The translations under genes and the position numbers were made by a program. Shown here in pieces: positions 38,525-64,000 of a DNA stretch of 64,000 bases. This stretch comes from the human T2T-CHM13v2.0 reference genome, Homo sapiens, in assembly GCF_009914755.1 (NCBI RefSeq), contig NC_060937.1. The stretch is one strand, 5' to 3'. The notes beneath the pieces are model-generated. The model had not been told where the DNA came from. It saw only the letters and a program-made list of their open reading frames with translations, and made no database searches. Each line of letters starts with the position of its first letter. The first letter of the stretch is position 1.

Positions 38525-38708
38525 AGCAGAGTTTCTCAAAGTGTGATCTCTGGACCAGCAGCACCAGAATCCCCTGAAGAGTTAGAAATGCAAATTCTCA
38601 GGACCCACTCCAGGTCTATGAATCAGGAACTCTGAGAGTGGGGCCCTGCAATCTGTATCTTCTGATGTTCTCCAGGTGATGCGGATGCAGGTTCAGGTTT
38701 GAGAACGT
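38525..38708. mobile_element. MER5A MITE (further copies near 570-690, 5520-5645, 49185-49295 and 61808-61895)
   Basis: tttctcaaagtgtg...gaccagcagc...gttagaaatgcaaattctcagg...tttgagaac. Confidence 0.7.
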
Positions 38709-40312
38709 GCCATACAGCTTGCTTTGACACACCAAATGGGAAGCACTTGTCTGACATATACGCCAATACTCCCAACCCAACCCTGGCTCATTAGCAAAAT
38801 CCCTACCTCAGCCTGGGGAGTTTTACTGGGGAGTTTCTTGTTTTGTTTTTCGGTAAACTTCAATATGTTACCCAATTATGCCTGGGGAATTTTAAAACAA
38901 AAACCCACAGACACCTAGAACCGCAACCTAAATGACTGAATCAGAACAAGCCAAGATGAAACCCAAGTGGCGGTCCTTAAAAAGCTCCCCTCACCCAGCA
39001 CATCCTGGTTATCAGCCAGGTCTGGGAACCATCTGTACGGTAGAGAGAAGAAAGAGGGTATAGTCAGGTACCTGGGAAGTTGGAGAGGGTTTGGAGAAAG
39101 GGACACAGTTTGAGCAAACTTTAGGAAAAGAATTTGGAGTTTACCAAGAAGACAAAGGAGGAAGAAGGGACAAATTTTCCAGAAAAATGGAGCCACACAG
39201 CCAAGACTTATTGCTTGGAGACAGCAGAGAAAATGCTGCATGGGGTCTGGGGTGATAATGGGGTAATCAAAGGTCTTGTGTTCTAAACTCAGAAAGTTGG
39301 ACTTTATCCTAAAGATAACAGGGAAATTGTGAATGTTTTTAAGCTACTTTGTATATGATGAACTGTGGAAGGCAAGGAAATCAGTCAGGAATTGGATTTG
39401 AAAGAAACTTCACCAATACAGTGACTCGCATCCTTTTATTCAAGCAAACTAGATCCCTTCACCCTCCCAATATCCCCAGTCTGCACAATTCTCACCTCCC
39501 CTGCTTGGTCGTAACTCTGTGACTCTACCACAAAAATAAGCAGATGCACAAGAAGTCAGTTTAAAATTCCACATCCTATTTCTCATTTACTCTAGGATCT
39601 CAAAACAAGAAAAACATCGCAACCCAAGTCATCTTTTCAAAAACAATTTTGTAAATGTCCTATTTCATAGAAAAGGAAGAAGCAACTCTAAATCAAATTT
39701 TTTACTCTGAAATTACCTAGAATTCCCAGGCCCAGTGGCTCACGCCTGTAATCCCAGCACTTTGGGAGGCCGAGGTGGGCAAATCACCTGAGGTCAAGAG
39801 TTCAAGACCAGCCTTGACCAAAATAGCGAAACCCCGTCTCTACTAAAAATACAAAAATTAGCTGGGCGTGGTGGTGCGTGCCTGTAATCCCAGCTACTCA
39901 GGAAGCTAAGGCGGAAGAATCACTTGAACCCAAGAGGCAGATGTTGCAGTGAGCCAAAATCACACCACTGCAACTCCACCCTGGGCGACAGAGCAAGACT
40001 CCCTATCAAAAAAAAGAAATTACCTAGAACTAGCATAGCAGTAACATAAAAAGCTGTATCTATGAGCAGCTCTTCTTATCCACAAAACATATCTTAAATT
40101 CATTGTCATTAAAACAAGATATTAGAAAGGAATGGCTTATCCATTTACTAGTATTAATGGTGACATGGCTATTGAAGAAGAAAAAAACACAAAAAAAAGT
40201 AATAAACCTTATATACAGAGTTTTACACAATTAGAACTCCAATCCTACATTGACTGAAGACAGTAAGCTAGCACATTAGAGGTGCAAGATGTACAATACC
40301 AATAAACAGTCA

Positions 40313-43915
<3,603 letters not shown>

Positions 43916-44597
43916 CCAGATGTTAAAGTATTTCAAAGACAATGATTAAAACTCTAGAGTACTGGTTTAAAAGCATGACACAATAAGAAAAAAAAAAAGA
44001 TTAAAAGTATAAAAATAAAAGGTTAACAAGGTAAAACATGAAATTAGCCAGGTACAGTGGCTCATGCCTGTAATCCCAACACTTTGGGAGGCTGAGGCTC
44101 GAGGACTGCTTGAGTCCAGGAATTTGGGCAAGTAGGAAATTACTGAACAGCTGCTATCACAGACAAATGCCTAACATTGTGAAGTGCTACACAGGGGAAG
44201 GAGACCCACGCTAAGAGGAGAGCATGCACCCAGACACAGAACTCAGAGGACACAGTTCAAAACACACATACAAGAGGCTTAGGCACCTGTGGGCGTGTGT
44301 GTGCTCACAGCCAGCAAAATGAAAAAAAATCCCAGCTCTGAAGGAGAGGCAAGTGCATGGCTTCCGTACAGATTGAAAATATGTCTTAGCATGAAAATTA
44401 AATATGCTTACCCAAGGCAGACTTAGATAACTGTGAAGGGGGAAAGACTAAAATGGGGGGAAATAAGGGGCCAAGATTACACAAAAGGTCGGGCTGTATC
44501 TGTCCCCCCCAGTCGCCAGCACTAACAGCACTTAGTGTGTGCCAGGCACTGGTTCAAGCATTTTAACGCAATCCTCACAATCCTGTGAAGTAGGCTC

Positions 44598-45082
44598 CTG
44601 AAGGGGGTTTAATGGTGGCCCCAAAAAGATATGCCCAAGTCCTGACCCCCAGTACCTGTGAGTATTACCTTTCCTGGTAAAGAATTGAATGTTATTTGGG
44701 AAAAGGGTATTTGCACATGGAATTAAACTGAGGATGTTGGAGTGAAGACATCATCCTGGATTATCCAAGTGGGTCCTAAATCCAATGGCAAGTGTCCTTC
44801 CAAGAAAGAGGCGGGGGAGACCTGGGACAGACAGAAGAGAAGAGAAGGAGATGTAAACACAGGTAGAGACTCAAGTGATGCAGCCACAAGCCAAGGACAC
44901 TAAGGACGGCCGGCAGCCACCAGAAGCTGGAAGAGGCAAGGAATATTGTCCCCACCATACCAAGGGAACACAGCCTGGATTTTTTACCTTCTGGCCTCCT
45001 GAACTTAAGAGAATAAATGTCTATTGTCTTAAACCACCAAGTATGTAGGAATTTGTTATGGCAGCCTCAGCAAACTCATACA
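44598..45082 (+). mobile_element. MLT1 (MaLR) LTR
   Basis: aatggtggccccaaaaagatatg...ccagaagctggaagaggcaagga...aatttgttatggcagcc...aaactcataca. Confidence 0.8.
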
Positions 45083-45350
45083 GTGCTGTTATCACCATTC
45101 CCTAAGGATGGGAAAACTCAGGCATATGGCAGACATGTAGCTGTCCTGGGGCACGCAGTTTGCATGTGACAGGGCTGAGACTAGTCCAGACAGCAGAGTT
45201 CAGAGCCCTCGCACCAACAAGCGACAGGCTCTCGGGAGCCAGCCAGGCCATCTTCCCCCATTAGTAAATGGGGCATTATCCCTTTGGTGAGGTGCCTGGG
45301 TAGCATTGGCCCCTGGGCTCTCTCCTGTTTCTGTGCACTGCATTACCAGC

Positions 45351-46064
<714 letters not shown>

Positions 46065-46174
46065 CCAGCTCCCCTGACTTGTCTTCTGCAAAGCTCTACA
46101 GGCATGGTGACAAGGGGCTGGGTGGTCAAAGTAAACAGGGCCAGAGAAATGAAGAGTAAGGAGTGAAGGGGAAG

Positions 46175-47815
46175 GAAGTCATATAATAAAGAATTTGGCT
46201 GGGTTTTATCCCTGGTTCTTCTAAATCCTTGGAATGCTCCAAGTAATAGAAGTGTGGTCCCTGATGGTTTACACTAACATAAATTATCAGGGACATAATA
46301 TAACATAGTGGGTCCCTAGCAGCTGATGCTAACAGATGACTCAGGATGGGGGCTGTGCATATCACAAAGACCAATCCTGTGATGAGAGGGCTGGGCTTGG
46401 AGCCAACTGCTATTGCCCAACCTCCAGGGCAGGGGGTACTGGAGACTGAGATCAATCCCACAGCCAATGAGCCCGTCAATCGTGCCGATGTAATGAAGCT
46501 CCAATAAAAACTCCAGACACCAAAACCTGGATGAGATTTCCTGGCTGGCAATACTCTGGGCATTGTCAGACACTACTATGTGGGGAGAAGAAAGAGAGAT
46601 CAGACTGTTACTGTGTCTGTGTAGAAAGAAGAAGACCTAAGAGACTCCAATTTGTTCTGCACTAAGAAAAATTCTTCTGCCTTGAGATGCTGTTAATCTG
46701 TAACCCTACCCCCAACCCTGTGCTCGCAGAGACATGTGCTGTGTTGACTCATGATTTAATGAATTTAAGGCTATGCAGGATGTGCTTTGCTAAACAAATG
46801 CTTGAAGACAGCGTGCTTCTTAAAAGTCATCACCACTCCCTAATCTCAAGTACCCAGGGACACAAAACAGTGCGAAGGCTGCAGGGACCTCTGCCTAGGA
46901 AAGCCAGGTATTGTCCAAGGTTTCTCCCATGTGATAGTCTACAATATGGCCTCGTGGGAAGGGAAAGACCTGACCGTACCCCTGCCCAACACCCTAAAGG
47001 GTCTGTGCTGAGGAGGATTAGTAAAAGAGGAAGGCCTCTTTGCAGTTGAGATAAGAGGAAGGCATCTGTCTCCTGCTCGTCCCTTGGCCCTTGGCAATGG
47101 AACGTCTCAGTGTAAAACCCAATTGTATATTCCATCTACTGAGATAGGAGAAAACCACCTTAGGGCTAGAGGTGAGACATGCTGGCGGCAGTACTGCTGT
47201 TTAATGCATTGAGATGTTTATGTATGTGCACATCAAAGCACACAGCACCTTTTTCTTAACCTTGTTTATGACACAGAGACATTTGTTCACATGTTTTCCT
47301 GCTGACCCTCTCCCCACTATTACCCTATTGTCCTGCCACATCCCCCTCTCCGAGAAATAATGATCAATAAATACTGAGGGAACTCAGAGACCGGTGCCTG
47401 GGGCGCGGGTCCTGGCGCGGGTTCTCCGTATTCTGAGCGGCGGTCCCCTGGGCCCACTTTTCTTTCTCTATACTTTGTCTCTGTGTCTCTTTCTTTTCTC
47501 AGTCTCTCGTCCCACCCGATGAGAAACACCCACAGGTGTGGAGGGGAAGGCCACCCCTTCACTAATAGGCTAGGAAGTGACAGGTCTCAACTCCCTGGAG
47601 ATGGGACAAGAAAGCTTTGTATTTGGGACTCTCCCTTTGGTTCCAATTGGCAGCCATTTGCTGTAGTAAAACTGTAATTGTAAGTGTAGCACTTTCCTGA
47701 GTTCTGTGAGTCATTCTAGCAGATTATTGAACCCAAGGGGGTCATGGGAAGCATAGAATTTGTAGCTGGTTGACTAGAAGTCAGGGTGGGCTGGGCCACC
47801 CTGATTTGCCATACC
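46175..47815 (+). mobile_element. Older LTR (MER21-like) interrupted by the LTR5 insertion
   Basis: MER21-type sequence on both sides of LTR5 (aagaatttggc...ctaaatccttggaat; caataaaaactccagacac; gcactttcctgagttctgtgagtcattctagc). Confidence 0.65.
46579..47561 (+). mobile_element. HERV-K(HML-2) solo LTR (LTR5A/LTR5B-like), about 983 bp, antisense to ABCC4
   Basis: Starts TGTGGGGAGAAGAAAGAGAGATCAGACTGTTACTGTGTC and ends CCACCCCTTCA. AATAAA at 47366-47371. TSD CTACTA/CTAATA (5/6). Confidence 0.92.
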
Positions 47816-47817
47816 TA

Positions 47818-48039
<222 letters not shown>

Positions 48040-49371
48040 TTAAAAGTAATACAGACCACAAAGAGTTTGAAGTTGACTTTCAGTTCTTTCTGAGGGAAGG
48101 GAGGAGCCTGGAATTGAGACAGGACACAGAACAGGGACCAGCAAAATCTTATTTCTTGATCTGGTTGCTACTTACCAGGATGTTAACCTTATAATTTATT
48201 ATCCACGTTACACATTTGTTTGTATAATATTCTGTATCTGCTTTATAACATAAAGGTTAAAAAATGTAGTGAGAAGGTACACAATGTGATTTCAATGGAT
48301 AATTTAACAGTGTATATATAATCGTATACTGACCATTTCCTACAGATACATCTGAAAATTACATAACAAATGCATGGTGACAGTGTGGGGTTTTGCAAGA
48401 AAAGAAAAGAATAGAGAAAAGAAAAACAGAGCAATGAAATACCATTCTTCACTTCACTCATCAGATGTGCCAAAAAAAGTAACACTTCTAGGGCAGGAAA
48501 TGAGTAGAAGGAGGGTTAAGATTGGCTGGGAATTGATCATTGTTGACAGACTGGTATTCAGGGGTTCATTACTGTTCCCTCTACTTTTGTACATGTTTGT
48601 AATTTTCTGTCATAAGAGAGGATAAAGGAAGGGAGGGAGGAAGACGACCAGAAAATCCACATTTGTATAGCTCTTCAACGTTGGGCATTTGATAGGCATT
48701 AGGTTTTCTCCATGAAAAGAGGGACAGTCACCCAACTATTAATATTGGTGTTATCTGTAGTTGGAAATTAAATTAATATATTTTGTTAGTATTTTCTCTA
48801 ATCAACAATGACTGTGGGAAGGGGAAGAGAAAAAATGACTTTTTTCATCTTTTAATACAGTGATTTAAGAAAAGTAAATATTCCACATTACCAGGCTGTG
48901 AAAAAAAAAAAAAAAAGAAAGAAAAGAAAAATAGGAAAGGAATAAGAAAAGGTGGGCGTAATAGTGACTGCTGAACTACAACCACAGCTTAGCTCACCTA
49001 ATCCATTCCTTGGCCCATTTGTGGGTCTGACCCTTCCTTCTCCCATCATTCCTGGCACAGGGTTTGACTTTATTACCCACCTCCTTTGCAGTTTGGTGAG
49101 ACCCTGTGGCACAGAAGAGAAAGGGAGGTCTACCAGCAGCAGCCCAGCGTCAACCAAGCACACAACAGGGGGCTGGCCAGGGCCCACGCATGAGATCTAG
49201 TAGAGATTCTGATACTAAGTCTGGGACAGAGCATGAGAACCTGTGTTTCTCCCCAGCCCCAGATGATGGCAATGCTACTGTCTGCAAACCACACTGAGTA
49301 GGGAAGCTACAGGCAGAGCCACCACGCATGAGTTTCTCTTCTTTCAGATGCCTCATAGATGGTGGCCAAAT

Positions 49372-49823
<452 letters not shown>

Positions 49824-50606
49824 TTACATTAGTGTGCAATGTGATAGGGGCTGGCTGGGCTCTACCAAAAACATAATCTGCCACCCTGAGTCAGAGACAG
49901 GGCTGTAAACAATGAGATCTCCAAAGGCAGTCACTGCTGGCCTAGGAAGCAGAGGATAAGAAGGTCACACGCTGGCCTTTGGTTCGCAGAGGTCCCCGTC
50001 AGCTGTGCCATTCTTACAAAGAAGCCTACACAGAGGTTGTTTATTCTCTAAGGCCACAGCTATGATTAACAGATTATTACTCTATAAAACCACAGCAAGT
50101 ATTTGCGTTACCTCAGCCCTCAATATCCTAGCAGTCCGGTATTTATGAATGTCACAATGTTTGTCCAAAAATTTCAGGAAGCGGAGAACTTGTACCAAAC
50201 CTCAAGGATACGTTGAGACACTGATCTGTAATGGAACCTTCTTGGTTCCTTAGCTTTATGTTCCTTTTCTATTTATATAACAAACAGACATTGGTCCTAA
50301 CAGAAACAGAGCACGCAGCGTGACATAGCTCTGCACGAAACTGGAAGGAGACAAGCAGGATTCCCTGGGCCTTTAATCACCATTAGCCAACAGCCTGGAA
50401 AACAGACGGGACTCAATCCAAAAAGCTCCTAACCACCCAAGAAGTCTGATCACATGCCTCTCCCCACCAACTTTAAGAAAAAGCCAGTTTGAACTCACAA
50501 AAAATCTAAATTATTGAATATACACAAAGAGGTGCAGGCTGATTAATCTCTAGTACCTGAGATAACTTCCTCAGAGGAAATGCTCCAGCATGTTCTTTAA
50601 GCACAT

Positions 50607-51493
<887 letters not shown>

Positions 51494-52202
51494 CTAAACA
51501 CCTGCTACCTAACACAAAATCATACACACACACACACACCCCCTACAGGACCCCAATGACTTTATATGACAAGAAAGAAAACAAACAGATATTTAGGCAT
51601 AATTAACCTGGAAAACAGGTTGGGCTCATAAAAATCCCAGAAATTTTATCTATGGCAATTGATTTTTTTTATCCTAATTCAAAGAGCAATTTATGAAGAA
51701 GATGGTCCCTGCTTATCTGGAATGTTCCCTGAAACTTCCAAACCTTTTACCAAAGTCGCCAAACCAATAGCACATGTGTTACAATTATTTGGGGGCATTT
51801 TCTTTTCCTGACGTTTCTTTCAGCTTTGACAAGGTAGGGCCTCCCACAACGTCAGAGTGAGGTTCAGGTGCGAGTGTGTTTTGCTCAGCCTTACCGCAGC
51901 TCTGTCGGCCTGGATGGGCGTGGGGTCCCAAATAACACCCTCTAGGCCATGGCTTCCTTTCTTTCCTGGCCCCTTCCCTCAGGTTGTGAGTCTTTAGCCC
52001 ACCTAGCAGACTCAGGGTGTGCCACCAGTTCCCTGGAGGAGCAGATCATTGAAAATACAGCAAAGTTAAAATTAAACGCAACAAGGCCAGGTGCATTGCC
52101 TTCTGTTCCATGGGGACTATTTGTCCTAAGACTTTGACTGAGCACCATGGACCCTCCTGCTCTGTCAAATGCCTCTTCCTGCTGGCTCCAGGTTTACACT
52201 AC

Positions 52203-52687
52203 TGATATGGCTCTGTGTCCCCACCCAAATCTCATCTTGTAGCTCCCACAGTTCCCACATGTTGTGGGAGGGATCCAATGGGAGATAATTGAATCATGGG
52301 GGCGGGTCTTTCCTGTGCTGTTCTTGTGATAGTGGATAAGTCTCACGAGATCTGATGGGTTTTTTTTTTGGTTTGGTTTTTTTTTTTTTTTTTTGAGACG
52401 GAGTCTCGCTGTTGCCCAGGCTGGAATGCAGTGGCGCGATCTAGGCTCACTGCAGGCTCCGCCCCCCGGGGTTCACGCGATATCTGATGCTTTTAAAAAT
52501 AAGAGTTTGCCTGCACAAGCTCTCTCTTTGCCTGCTGCCATCCACGTGACTTTCTCCTCCTTGCCTTCTGTCATGATTGTGAGGTCTCCCCAGCCACATG
52601 GAACTGTAAGTCCACTAAACCTCTTCTTTTGTAAATTGCCCAGTCTCAGGTATGTCTTTATCAGCAGCGTGAAAACAGACTCATACA
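52203..52687 (+). mobile_element. THE1 (MaLR) solo LTR containing a 5'-truncated antisense Alu (about 52360-52478)
   Basis: TGATATGG...CCCACCCAAATCTCATCTTG start and CAGACTCATACA end. TSD ACTAC/ACTAA. Confidence 0.85.
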
Positions 52688-52792
52688 ACTAACAAGCCTG
52701 CTTTAGCTTTTCACTGTTCTGCCCAAGCAACTTTCCCCTTCAGCCAGGCCAGTAGATTTCTCATACAGCAGGGTGACCCTGTTCAGGGCCTT

Positions 52793-60033
<7,241 letters not shown>

Positions 60034-60379
60034 TTATACAGACTTGGACCTCCCAGACTGCTTGTCTGTAGTAATTCAGAAGGAAGCAAAGTATTCTGAA
60101 GTGTTTATGAAGATTGGTTCCACATCTGAAGAATTTTAGTAATCTTACCCAAACTCAACCCAAGAAATATGAGGAAAAGAGGGAGTAGTTCTATAATAAG
60201 CAGGTGGAATAGAGGGTCAAACTCCTTGGCGAGTTCAGTCTAACAGAGGACACATTACTGCCCTACAAAGCAGCTCTGGAAAATGACAACCAGTGGCACT
60301 AACTCCAGGCAATATCTTTGTGAGGCTTGTGGGCTGTAATATAGTCTGCTCAGGCTGCCATAAAAAAAAAATCACAATC

Positions 60380-64000
<3,621 letters not shown>

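Overview
Primate genomic DNA, most likely human, lying entirely inside the ABCC4 (MRP4, ABC transporter) gene on the minus strand. Only three coding exons are present, each with canonical GT-AG sites: exon 2 (26188-26298), exon 3 (25520-25640) and exon 4 (13177-13401). Together they encode about residues 25-177 of MRP4. The rest is intron (part of intron 1, introns 2 and 3, part of intron 4), dense with repeats: roughly 55 Alu copies or fragments, old L1 remnants, a HERV-K(HML-2) LTR5 solo LTR nested in an LTR cluster, THE1/MST and MLT1 LTRs, Tigger-family MITEs and a piggyBac MER85. Almost all ORFs in the supplied track are Alu-derived or random. I found no convincing new multi-gene system. 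The best leads are a patchwork of templated hairpins in an L1 remnant, TE-derived candidate poison exons in intron 1, a MER85 retaining its PGBD3-binding palindrome, and an antisense LTR5 promoter. Repeat subfamily names and most repeat boundaries are by eye and approximate.
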